From Promethearchaeota archaeon (GTDB taxonomy: Archaea; Asgardarchaeota; Lokiarchaeia; Sigyniarchaeales; SOKP01): a stretch of 64,000 nt of DNA. The notes beneath the pieces are model-generated. The model saw only the letters and a program-made list of their open reading frames with translations, made no database searches and was not told the origin of the DNA. Location of the stretch: contig JAHPZE010000005.1 in the NCBI GenBank assembly GCA_019058365.1, forward strand, positions 96,001 to 160,000. The letters are read 5' to 3'. Of this stretch, positions 39,924-49,199 are shown piece by piece (position 1 is the stretch's first letter; every line of letters starts with the position of its first letter). Position numbers and translations under genes: made by a program.

Positions 39924-40042
39924 ACTCAATTAATTAAAATCTTTTTTTTTATAATATTTTTTTAAAGTACACATACATTCTATACCACATAATATAATTT
40001 TTTTTATATACTTTATAGCTCTAATTGATAAGAGGGATACTA

Positions 40043-41464
40043 ATGAAAGTAGAAATACTTGATCGGTTGGAAATTGATGAGATACATGAAAATTCACTTA
40101 AAATTCTTGAGAATGTTGGTATTAATGTTCCACATAAAGAGGTTTTAAAACGCTTTGATAATATAGGGGCAAGTGTAGATTTTAAGAATCAATTGGTCAA
40201 ATTACCTCAAAATTTAGTTAACGAGCTTATCTCAAAAGCTGGAAAAATTTTTACCATACATGGTCGAGATCTTTCAAGAAAGGCTGAATTCGGAGTCAAG
40301 AAACGAAATTATAATACAACTGCTGGTCAAGCATTCTGGATTGATAATCCTGGTGATGAAAGAAGGTATTCCACCTTAAATGATATTTCTACTGCTGTGA
40401 GATTTTCTGATATTTTGAATCAAATTACAATTCCAGGAGCTATGGCTGATCCGCATGAAATTCCAGTCGAATGGCGCTGTGTGAAAGTAGCTACTGAAAT
40501 GATAAAAAATACTACTAAACCAATTTATTTTTGGTTTTATGATAGAGCTTCAACGAAATTTTTAGTGAAAATTGCAATATCTCTGAGAGGAGATGAAAAA
40601 AAGGCAATTAAATATCCTCTAACTTTCCCTCTTTTTGAACCAGTGAGTCCACTAAGTTTTCCTTTTAATGGTATTGATCTATTATTCGAGACTGCTCGGC
40701 TCAATATGCCAGTTATGATTGGTCCAATGGCTCAGATGGGCATAACGGCACCAGCTACGATTGCTGGAACTTTAGTGCAAGAAAATGCTGAAATTTTAGC
40801 GGGTATATGCATTACTCAACTTATTAGAGAAGGAATTCCCGTGTGCTATGGTGGTATATGTCATGCTTTTGACATGAAGAAAATACAAATGATTTTTTCA
40901 GGTCCAGAACAAGCAATATTCAGTATTGCAATGGCTCAGATGGGAAAATATTATGGGTTTCCAGTCTATCTAAATGTAGGACTCACTGATTCAAAAATAC
41001 CCGATGCCCAAGCAGGTCTAGAATGTGGATTAACATTAGCTATGGGAGCTGCTGCAGGAGCTGATATTTTTGGACACATGGGAATTTCCGGAGTTGATCA
41101 AGCAAGTTCACTAGATATGCTTATTATGCAGTCAGAAATGATTTCTTATGTAGAGAGCCTTAATCGAGACATAATTTTTGATGAGGATACCTTTGCTTTA
41201 GATATTATCCAAGAAGTGGAACCAAAAGGTTCTTTTCTTGAAAAATCCCACACTCGTAAGCATTTTAGAAAAGAATTATGGTTTCCTTCATTATTAAATA
41301 GGGATATTTATGATGTTTGGAGAGATAAAGGAGGAAAAAGTATGGAAAAGCATTGTCAGGAACGCAAGGAGGAAATATTAGCATCTCATGAACCTCAACC
41401 ACTCGATGCCGATGTTTTACGAGATCTAAATAAAATTGTCCAAGATGCAAAAAAAGTACTCTAA
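40043..41464 (+). CDS. Non-pyrrolysine MttB-superfamily (trimethylamine/quaternary amine:corrinoid) methyltransferase
   Basis: IHENSLKILENVG, PVSPL, TAPATIAGTLVQENAEILAG, GPEQ, GLTDSKIPDAQAG. Leu (CTC 40982) occupies the Pyl-equivalent position. Confidence 0.9.
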   Translation: MKVEILDRLEIDEIHENSLKILENVGINVPHKEVLKRFDNIGASVDFKNQLVKLPQNLVNELISKAGKIFTIHGRDLSRKAEFGVKKRNYNTTAGQAFWIDNPGDERRYSTLNDISTAVRFSDILNQITIPGAMADPHEIPVEWRCVKVATEMIKNTTKPIYFWFYDRASTKFLVKIAISLRGDEKKAIKYPLTFPLFEPVSPLSFPFNGIDLLFETARLNMPVMIGPMAQMGITAPATIAGTLVQENAEILAGICITQLIREGIPVCYGGICHAFDMKKIQMIFSGPEQAIFSIAMAQMGKYYGFPVYLNVGLTDSKIPDAQAGLECGLTLAMGAAAGADIFGHMGISGVDQASSLDMLIMQSEMISYVESLNRDIIFDEDTFALDIIQEVEPKGSFLEKSHTRKHFRKELWFPSLLNRDIYDVWRDKGGKSMEKHCQERKEEILASHEPQPLDADVLRDLNKIVQDAKKVL

Positions 41465-41502
41465 AAATCAGATTAACTAGAAGTTATGAATAGGCTTTAA
41501 AA

Positions 41503-42999
41503 TTATTTCTTAGGAAATTTTCCATGCTTTTGTAAGAATTCTCTATAAGAATTTATTTTATCTAAAACAGCTCCAGTTAATTCCAAACTTTCAAATACTG
41601 GCACATTACGATTTAAAAGTTTTAATTTGAATTTATACCGGCTTTTATATTCTTCAAAACCTTCATTAATTTTAAGCATAACACAATACATTGGTTTTGT
41701 GCAGATTCTTTTTGCTTTAGATATATACCTGATAAATTCTTTATTAAGATCCATGTCTTTATAGCCCATTTCTTCTAATAACTCTTGAAAACTTCCAAAT
41801 CTTTCAGGATCTTTTATAAAAACGGTTGCTGAGATATTTGGATCTTTATCTAAAGCCAAAATAGTTCGATAATAGATATTAGGTTGTATACCAGCACTAC
41901 CGAGATCAAGGGGGTTTGTAATATTTGTATTTACATCCGGTAAAAACCTATTCATTTTATTAATGGTTTTTTCTGTTAAACTGGGTATTTTTAAGTTGTA
42001 TTTTTCAAGTATATCTATTGCTTCGATCGTGGAACCTCCACCAATTCCAATAATGCCCACATTACGAGTTTCTGGTAAATGGGTTAAATTGAAGCCTGAT
42101 GCTAATGCAGTAAGTTCATTTGAATTGTTAACTACACAACTGCCTGTTTGTTTACCAACAGCTTTCCAGATTTCATTTTTCCCGGCTAGACCCCCAGTAT
42201 GAGATAGAATTGCTTTTTTCGTTGCTTCTCCATATCCCGCTCTCCAAAGTATCACCGGTTTCCTATTTAAATTGCATTTTTTGATCATTCTCATAAATTT
42301 TCTTCCCTGATTTATGGATCTTAAGTTTTCAATATATAATCCAATGATTTTTGTGTACTCATCATCCAGAAAATATTCTAAAAAATCTGCGGGAGATAGA
42401 TCTAAAGCGTTCCCAATTGATATAAATTTAGAGACATATAACCCATAAGAGACTGCTAAATGAGATAAATTTTGAGCAATCCCGCCTGATTGAAAAACCC
42501 CGCTAAAATTCCCTGCTTTTTTAGATTGTTCAAAAGCAAAATATAATCCTGCTCTAGGATTATAAACCCCAATACAATTTGGTCCGATAATTCTAATATT
42601 ATACTGTTTGGCAATATCTAAAATCTCTTTTTCTAGATTTTCATTTCCTACCTCACGAAAACCCGAAGCAAAAACAGTCACAAAAGGTACACTTTTTTGA
42701 CCGATTTCTTCCATTAGTATAGGACATAACCGAGCAGGAACGGCTAAGATCACATAATCAATTGGTTCAGTTATCTCTAAAATAGAAGCATAAATTTTAT
42801 ATCCATATAAATTCTGACCATTTAACCGTGGATTAAATAAATAAATCGGTCCTTTAAATCTATTTTTCATACATCGTAGAAAAAAGCCCCCACTACCGGG
42901 ATCACTACTAACTCCGATTATTCCAATAGACTTAGGAAAAAATAATTTGTCAAAATTAATATTTTGGGCGGATTCTATAGTAGACATGTTAAAATACAT
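41503..42999 (-). CDS. ADP-forming acyl/acetyl-CoA synthetase alpha-type subunit (CoA-binding + ligase domains)
   Basis: LFFPKSIGIIGVS, ASGFRE, IIGPNCIG, QSGG, SIGN, phospho-His motif SHTGGLAG, NPLDL. Confidence 0.88.
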   Translation of the reverse strand: MYFNMSTIESAQNINFDKLFFPKSIGIIGVSSDPGSGGFFLRCMKNRFKGPIYLFNPRLNGQNLYGYKIYASILEITEPIDYVILAVPARLCPILMEEIGQKSVPFVTVFASGFREVGNENLEKEILDIAKQYNIRIIGPNCIGVYNPRAGLYFAFEQSKKAGNFSGVFQSGGIAQNLSHLAVSYGLYVSKFISIGNALDLSPADFLEYFLDDEYTKIIGLYIENLRSINQGRKFMRMIKKCNLNRKPVILWRAGYGEATKKAILSHTGGLAGKNEIWKAVGKQTGSCVVNNSNELTALASGFNLTHLPETRNVGIIGIGGGSTIEAIDILEKYNLKIPSLTEKTINKMNRFLPDVNTNITNPLDLGSAGIQPNIYYRTILALDKDPNISATVFIKDPERFGSFQELLEEMGYKDMDLNKEFIRYISKAKRICTKPMYCVMLKINEGFEEYKSRYKFKLKLLNRNVPVFESLELTGAVLDKINSYREFLQKHGKFPKK

Positions 43000-43053
43000 A
43001 TAAAATAGATAACTTAATTATAGAGAATAATAACTCTGAACTAAAATACTTTA

Positions 43054-43776
43054 TTAATAAGATCTCCCTAAGACTTGATTTAATAAAGCAATATCATCAG
43101 TCATAATTCCATCAACATCTAAATCAATTAATTTTCTCATTAAGCTTTCTTCATTAACTGTCCATACATGAATTTTTAAACCATTGTCATGAGCTAATTC
43201 CACAAACTCTCTATCAACTACCTGGTGATTGGGATGAATTGCGTAGAATTCATTTTTACCTGCTCTTTGAACATAACGTTTTACTATCCGTTTATAAGTT
43301 AAGGCTCTAGGAATTAAATAGCCTAATTTTAAGGTAGGTTCTATTTCTTTGATTTTTAAAAGCTCTACAACTTCAAAACAACTAGCTATAGAACTTTCAA
43401 TTAGACCATTTTTTCTTAAGATATTTACGAAATCCAGAGTTACTCCTGGAACTTTAATGTCAGACAAGAGACCAATCTTTCCCTTAGTGAGGTTTATCAA
43501 CTCCATGAGAGTAGCTACTTTTTCACCTTCTCCAATATCTAATTGTTTTAATTCTTTTAATGCCATTTCATAAACTAATCTATTATGACCCGTAATGTCA
43601 ATAGCATCTTCATCATGCATGATAACGATTTCACCATCCTTAGATAAACGAAGATCAAATTCAATGAAATCTGCTTTTAATTCAATTGCTTTTTGAAATG
43701 CCTTTAAAGAATTCTCTGGAGCTACAGCTTTACCTCCTGAATGACCTATTACCAAAAAATCGTTATTTCTTTTCAT
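43054..43776 (-). CDS. Glycerophosphodiester phosphodiesterase (variant HSG)
   Basis: GHSGG, PENSL.AF, IEFD, MHD, WTVN, GIMTD. Confidence 0.9.
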   Translation of the reverse strand: MKRNNDFLVIGHSGGKAVAPENSLKAFQKAIELKADFIEFDLRLSKDGEIVIMHDEDAIDITGHNRLVYEMALKELKQLDIGEGEKVATLMELINLTKGKIGLLSDIKVPGVTLDFVNILRKNGLIESSIASCFEVVELLKIKEIEPTLKLGYLIPRALTYKRIVKRYVQRAGKNEFYAIHPNHQVVDREFVELAHDNGLKIHVWTVNEESLMRKLIDLDVDGIMTDDIALLNQVLGRSY

Positions 43777-43820
43777 AAGAATTTATAAAATGTATTTTTT
43801 AATAGCGATTTAAAATTATT

Positions 43821-44555
43821 TTAATCTTCTTGTTCAAGGACTTTTTTTGCTTTTGAAATACTATTTACGATAATTCCATCTACTCCCAAAGTTACATATC
43901 TATCTATTATCTTTTTTGTATTAAGAGGATAAACAAATACCTTTAAATTGTGTTTATGAGAATAATTTACAAATACTTCGTCTACATTTTTGAATCTAGT
44001 TTCTATAATAGGAAAGTTTAATTTAATTACAGTTTCAATAAGTTCTTTTTTTTTTCCCCACTCAGGCAAATATTCTTCAGTAATCGGAATAATTAGTGCT
44101 AAATCCGATTCTGGTTCAAGTTTTTTAACTTCTAATAACACATCAACATAAAATGACTGAAAAATTGTTGAATTTAACATATCTTCATCTCTAAGGAGAG
44201 AGATTACTTCATAAGAAATTCCTTTTGCTTTAATTTCACAGAGTAAATTAATTTTCCCCTTAGCAAGTTTTAATACTTCCCATAATTCAGGGATGGTTTC
44301 ACCTTCTCCAAGATCTAATTTTTTTAATTCGCTTAATGTCATTTCGTCTATTGATTTATTATATCTCATTCTTCTGAGAATATCATTACCATGGATTACC
44401 ACAAGTGCTCCATCTTGAGATTTGTGTACATCAAATTCAATATAGTCCGCTTCTAATTCAATTGCTTTTTTAAACCCTTTTAAACTGTTTTCAGGAGCCT
44501 TATCATAAGCTCCTCTATGTCCAATTATTAAAGGTTGACTTTTATTTTCATTCAT
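43821..44555 (-). CDS. Glycerophosphodiester phosphodiesterase (divergent)
   Basis: GHRG, PENSL, IEFDV, VIHG, CEIK. Confidence 0.88.
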   Translation of the reverse strand: MNENKSQPLIIGHRGAYDKAPENSLKGFKKAIELEADYIEFDVHKSQDGALVVIHGNDILRRMRYNKSIDEMTLSELKKLDLGEGETIPELWEVLKLAKGKINLLCEIKAKGISYEVISLLRDEDMLNSTIFQSFYVDVLLEVKKLEPESDLALIIPITEEYLPEWGKKKELIETVIKLNFPIIETRFKNVDEVFVNYSHKHNLKVFVYPLNTKKIIDRYVTLGVDGIIVNSISKAKKVLEQED

Positions 44556-44593
44556 AATTATACTATTTATTTTATTTCATTAAAAAGAGATTT

Positions 44594-45325
44594 TTAAATT
44601 ATTTGATTCAATAACTTTCTAACTTTCTCAACATCATTAGTAATAATTCCATTAACCCCAAGATTAATCAGCTTCTTTATAGCGGAATCAGAATTCACAG
44701 TCCAAGGAAAAATTTTGAGATTATTATTATGAGCTTTAGCCATAAAATTTTTATTAACAAGTTTAAAGAAAGGGTTAATAGCATAAAACTTATTCTTAAT
44801 TGCTACCCTAATTAATTTTTTCCTTGATATCCAACTTCTTATCCATCCAGTTTTATTAGGTTCCAACGATGCCAATTTAATTCTTGGTTCTAATTTCTTA
44901 ATGTTCAACAAAACATCATGTTTAAATGAACTAATTATCGTTGTTTCGAGACTATCTTCTTCTTTGATAATTTTTATAATTTCTTCAGCGATACCTCTAA
45001 CTTTTACCTCACAATTCAAGCTAATCTCCCCTTTTGCTAGCCTAACTAATTCTCGTAAAGTAGGTATTTTCTCACCATCTCCGCAATCAAGTTGCCTTAA
45101 CTCTTCAAGGGTCATTTCTTTTACTGATCCAAAATGACCTGTTGTTCTGAATGTATTAGCATCGTGCATTATTACGATTTCCCCATCTTTAGATTTATGA
45201 ACATCAAATTCAATACAATCCGCTTTTAATTCTATAGCTTTCTTAAAGGCTCTTAAAGTATTCTCAGGCGCTATACTACTAGCACCTCTATGAGCAATTA
45301 TTAAGACTTTCTTTTCATTATTCAT
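44594..45325 (-). CDS. Glycerophosphodiester phosphodiesterase (canonical motifs)
   Basis: AHRG, PENT, IEFDV, MHD, NCEVK, SSF, PWTVN. Confidence 0.92.
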   Translation of the reverse strand: MNNEKKVLIIAHRGASSIAPENTLRAFKKAIELKADCIEFDVHKSKDGEIVIMHDANTFRTTGHFGSVKEMTLEELRQLDCGDGEKIPTLRELVRLAKGEISLNCEVKVRGIAEEIIKIIKEEDSLETTIISSFKHDVLLNIKKLEPRIKLASLEPNKTGWIRSWISRKKLIRVAIKNKFYAINPFFKLVNKNFMAKAHNNNLKIFPWTVNSDSAIKKLINLGVNGIITNDVEKVRKLLNQII

Positions 45326-45671
45326 TTTTAAACAAATATTTCTTTATATCCCTTTATCACATCTTATTGTTAGTAGAAATATTAGATTATTAATTATCTT
45401 TTTCTAATACTTTAATAATTCAGATTTAGAGAGATTTCATCATATATGTTTTTATTCAAATAAATATTTGATCACAAATTCTAGGGATTTTTTTCAAAGA
45501 TTCTTTTATGTGATCATCTAATTTTTGAAAATTTTATTAATAGTAAAACTGCAGGTTTATATATCTGTGATACGATAACAATTATTTGAGTAATGCGATA
45601 AATTTATAAAGCTATAATATTTTTTATATTTCTGACAATTTTAAAAAAACATAAGAACTAACCGAATAAAC

Positions 45672-45686
45672 CGATAAGTTTAAATA
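45672..45686 (+). promoter_or_regulatory. Putative archaeal BRE + TATA box
   Basis: CGATAAG followed by TTTAAATA, about 30 nt upstream of the ATG at 45717. Confidence 0.5.
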
Positions 45687-45716
45687 TATAAACCAACCAA
45701 AAAAAAGAATATAGAA

Positions 45717-45974
45717 ATGATGAAGTTTTGCCCTAATTGCGACAATATATTAATCCCAAAGAATAGAAAATTATATTGTAAAGCATGCGAAGAAGAATTT
45801 GATTTAGACACTTCAAAGAAGGAAGATTATAAAATAACTAAATCCATTAAACATGATGAAAAAGAAAGTGCTCCAATTATTATAAAAGAAGGGCTAAGAA
45901 GCGAAAGAATTTCTGCTCAAGATCGGAAGGCTTTTGAAGAATTCTTTGGAAGTGCTGAATCAGATAACTTCTAG
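45717..45974 (+). CDS. TFS/RpoM (Rpb9/Rpa12/Rpc11)-like protein with only the N-terminal zinc ribbon
   Basis: MKFCPNCDNILIPK...LYCKAC; no C-terminal CPxC...RxADE...CxxC ribbon. Confidence 0.75.
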   Translation: MMKFCPNCDNILIPKNRKLYCKACEEEFDLDTSKKEDYKITKSIKHDEKESAPIIIKEGLRSERISAQDRKAFEEFFGSAESDNF

Positions 45975-46150
45975 TGTCCTACTTAGAGGACGTATAGTTA
46001 GATCACTTATTCTTCCTTGGTTTTACCTGATTAAAAAAAATTTTTTAATCCAAAATATTTAAAGTTTTAAATTATCTGAGAAGTAAATAATTTATAATTA
46101 GAAAAATAATTTCACAATATAATTACAAAACACATCAAATGTAGATTTAT

Positions 46151-46546
46151 ATGTCTGAAGAAAAAAAGACTCGATTACATGGTTTCGCTGGAATTTTATC
46201 CAAACAAGTGGAACCGTTGAATGAGATGGAAAAATTTAAAGAAAAATTTAAGGATACTGAAGTTAAAGTTCTTTTAAATGCAAAGGATGGAAAATGGGCT
46301 GCAATGTTGATAATAGATAAAGGTAAAATATATGTAGAAGGTATTAAAAATGACCCAAAAGAAAACATAAATAAGAAAAACGCGGGGTGGGATGGATTTT
46401 TACAAACAACCACCAATATATTTTTGCAGCTCTTTGGTAGCGACGAACTTTCAACTGGGAAAGTTATTAAAAAAATCCTAACACGCAAAATAAAAATTAG
46501 GGGAATAAAACATGTTTTAGTATTACTACAATTGTTTGACTTATAA
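46151..46546 (+). CDS. SCP2/sterol-carrier-like lipid-binding protein
   Basis: Pattern helix, then VLLN...AMLIIDKGKIYV...DGFLQTT...FLQLF...KKILTRKIKIRG, resembles the SCP2 fold. Confidence 0.55.
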   Translation: MSEEKKTRLHGFAGILSKQVEPLNEMEKFKEKFKDTEVKVLLNAKDGKWAAMLIIDKGKIYVEGIKNDPKENINKKNAGWDGFLQTTTNIFLQLFGSDELSTGKVIKKILTRKIKIRGIKHVLVLLQLFDL

Positions 46547-46972
46547 ATTAATTTTAAAAATATTAGCTAAAGATACCATCTCTTCTCTTAATTTTTCATC
46601 ATTTTTTTCATCTTTTAATGATTGTAAAATTACATCTTTATCTGTTTCTGATACTCGATCTTGAAATAATTCAAGAAATTCTCTTAAAAAGATAATCTTT
46701 TTATAAGGATTCTGCTGGATTTTAGTAATAAATCCATTAATTACATGATCAAAAGAAATTGTCTCTTGGTTTTCACTTATAACGATTTTTTCTTCAGTTC
46801 CTAAGATTTCTTGTAATAAAGAATTATTACTAATGATCTCCCGCGAGATTTCTTTTAACATATCATTTCTTGTAGGTATTGATAAATTTGAAATGAAGTC
46901 TTCCATTTCTGAGTTCTTACTTTCAATTGCTTTTATCATTTCAAGAATTTTTTCTTTATTTCCTCTTTCCAT
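46541..46972 (-). CDS. Hypothetical helical protein
   Basis: 143-aa E/K/I/L-rich ORF filling the gap; its stop overlaps the convergent gene's end in TTATAA. Confidence 0.6.
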   Translation of the reverse strand: MERGNKEKILEMIKAIESKNSEMEDFISNLSIPTRNDMLKEISREIISNNSLLQEILGTEEKIVISENQETISFDHVINGFITKIQQNPYKKIIFLREFLELFQDRVSETDKDVILQSLKDEKNDEKLREEMVSLANIFKINL

Positions 46973-47032
46973 ATTATATTAAAGTTTTGTCTAAATTTTT
47001 AAATTTAACTGAAAATAATAGTTAATTACAAA

Positions 47033-47764
47033 ATGAATGCTATTGAGAAAGAAAAATTGCGTAATTTCCAAGAATTTATAGGATATAAATTTAATAAAGA
47101 AGCACTTTTAATTGAAGCCCTAACAACTCCAAGGTTAGCAAATGAAATTGGAAAACCTAGTTATGATTTTTTAGAAACATTAGGAGATGCTATAATTAAA
47201 ATTATACTTATTTTACAACTTTATAAGAAGGGAGTTAAAGATTCGGGGGAAATTACAAAAATAAAAGCAACTCTAGAAAGTGATAATGCTCTAAAAAATA
47301 TCGCAAATAAGATAGGTTTAGAAAAATATATTTTTAAGACGGAAAAACAGAGAGTAAAAGGAACTCGTATTTTAGCAGATATTTTTGAAGCATTATGTGG
47401 TGCTATTTTTCTTGATTCTAAATATAATCTGGATTTAGTAGAACAAAAAATGATTAATCCTTTTTATGAAGATTTGAATGTAATCATTCAGACGTCGATA
47501 ATTTCTAGTAAAAATGTATTATTAGAATTTTTACAGGAGAGATTTAAAACAAACATAATTATCGAACTTGAATATGAAAAAAGTGGAGTGGAGCATAATC
47601 CTAACTGGATCGCAAAAAATCCAAGAATTTTAGAACAAGAAAGTCGAGAGGAACTAGTTAAAATACCTGGAAGTCTAAAATCAACAAAGAGTAAATCAAA
47701 AAAAATGTCAGAAAAAGATCTTTATGTAAAAATCCTTAAATTTTTAGAAAAGAAAAAAAAATAA
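47033..47764 (+). CDS. rnc: Ribonuclease III with degenerate dsRBD
   Basis: IGYKF...LLIEALT, signature DFLETLGDA, ADIFEALCGAIFLD (all four catalytic acids present); C-terminal KNVLLEFLQ...SGVEH.P...SKK.SE dsRBD-like segment. Confidence 0.85.
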   Translation: MNAIEKEKLRNFQEFIGYKFNKEALLIEALTTPRLANEIGKPSYDFLETLGDAIIKIILILQLYKKGVKDSGEITKIKATLESDNALKNIANKIGLEKYIFKTEKQRVKGTRILADIFEALCGAIFLDSKYNLDLVEQKMINPFYEDLNVIIQTSIISSKNVLLEFLQERFKTNIIIELEYEKSGVEHNPNWIAKNPRILEQESREELVKIPGSLKSTKSKSKKMSEKDLYVKILKFLEKKKK

Positions 47765-47957
47765 GATTTTTAGATTGACCAATCTTTTTTAAATTCAGAT
47801 TTTTTTAAAAAACAGTAAAGGATATTGAATTTTCTAATAAAATAGAACCTTAATTTTTAAAAAATGTGCTATATTTCCGTATCTGTACAAGAGTTATATT
47901 CTAAAAAAGTTTATTTTATGTTAGCATTATGATATAATAAAGAAGAAAAAAATAGAA

Positions 47958-49151
47958 ATGAGAGAATTTCAAATGTCTAAATCCCCAGTAATAGAAAAAA
48001 CTCCCCTTATGGAAGAATTTGAAGAAGAAACTGGAAAAGTATCAATTTGGAAGGGGGAACTATCAAAAAATTTTAAAAAGTGGGAAAAAAAAAAGAAACA
48101 AAATGAAATAAAACAAATGAAAGAAGATATTCTTTCTCAGTCTCGTATAGAAAAGAAAAAAATGAAAAAAGAATTCAGAGAGGATCGATTGGCAGGTAAG
48201 AGTTATGAGCATTTAATTGTGGTTGATGGGCTTCATAAGACTTATTTATTAGGTACCACGGCTGTTGCCGCGCTTCGAGGTATTGATTTAACAATAGATA
48301 ACGGAGATTTTGTTGATATTATGGGACCTTCTGGTTCTGGAAAGACAACACTCCTAAACTTGATCGGTGGATTAGATACCCCCACTCGAGGGAAAATCTT
48401 TTTAGAAGGGCGTAATATTTCAATGCTTTCAGATAATGATTTGGCAGAGATAAGACGTGAGAGAATTGGATTTGTTTTTCAGTTCTATAACCTTCTACCA
48501 CAGATGACAGCTATGGAAAATGTTATGGTACCTTTACATTTTTCAGGGAAATTAAGTCGTCGAGGTAAAAGGAAAAAAGCAATGGATCTCTTGAGATTGG
48601 TAGGTTTAGATGAACGAGCACATCATACTCCCTCTGAATTGAGTGGCGGTGAACAGCAGAGAGTAGCGATAGCTCGGGCTTTCGCAAATGATCCTGCAAT
48701 CTGTGTTCTTGATGAACCTACGGGTGATTTGGATTCTAAAACGGGTGTAATGGTTCTAAATCTTCTTAGAGATTTAAACAAAAGAGGTGCTACCTTTGTT
48801 GCGGTAAGCCATGATGCCGCAGTGTCGGAATTTGCGACTAGAGTGTTCCATATGAAAGATGGAAAACTTACTCATGAAGGAAAAATAGGAGGCTTAAAAG
48901 AAACTGAGATTATGCAACTTAAGAGAAGACAAGAAACAGAAATAAATAAAGAGAAATGTAAAAGTAAAATTTTTCAATACCTCTATGCAAATCAAGGTAA
49001 AGCTGAAATTCCAGTTAGTGATATTAAAAGCAGCATTCCAAATTCTATAGTTATGAATTTGCCAGAACACTTTAATGACATTTTACAAGAACTTATTGAA
49101 GAGAATAACTTTTCTGGCAAAATTGAAGGAGAAATTTTGATTTTAAAATAA
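47958..49151 (+). CDS. Type VII (LolD/MacB/FtsE-like) ABC ATPase with N- and C-terminal extensions
   Basis: GPSGSGKT, GFVFQFYNL, LSGGEQQRVAIARA, LDEPTGDLD, VSHD; about 85-aa N-extension and about 70-aa winged-helix-like C-extension. Confidence 0.95.
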   Translation: MREFQMSKSPVIEKTPLMEEFEEETGKVSIWKGELSKNFKKWEKKKKQNEIKQMKEDILSQSRIEKKKMKKEFREDRLAGKSYEHLIVVDGLHKTYLLGTTAVAALRGIDLTIDNGDFVDIMGPSGSGKTTLLNLIGGLDTPTRGKIFLEGRNISMLSDNDLAEIRRERIGFVFQFYNLLPQMTAMENVMVPLHFSGKLSRRGKRKKAMDLLRLVGLDERAHHTPSELSGGEQQRVAIARAFANDPAICVLDEPTGDLDSKTGVMVLNLLRDLNKRGATFVAVSHDAAVSEFATRVFHMKDGKLTHEGKIGGLKETEIMQLKRRQETEINKEKCKSKIFQYLYANQGKAEIPVSDIKSSIPNSIVMNLPEHFNDILQELIEENNFSGKIEGEILILK

Positions 49152-49199
49152 CTTTTCATAAATGAGGATTAAATAAAAATCTAAATTATTTTAAGTCAT

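Noticed and set aside
40982-40984. Possible pyrrolysine (amber) codon in the MttB homolog
   Set aside because: The ORF is uninterrupted and the equivalent codon is CTC (Leu).
45469-45516. Inverted repeat TGATCACA...TGTGATCA in the long intergenic region
   Set aside because: A single 8-bp pair with long spacing and no second instance found; insufficient for an operator call.
45976-46050. Short hairpin GTCCT-N6-AGGAC and palindrome GATTAAAAAAAATTTTTTAATC after the TFS-like gene
   Set aside because: Too short and AT-rich to call an ncRNA; could be a terminator, but is expected by chance.
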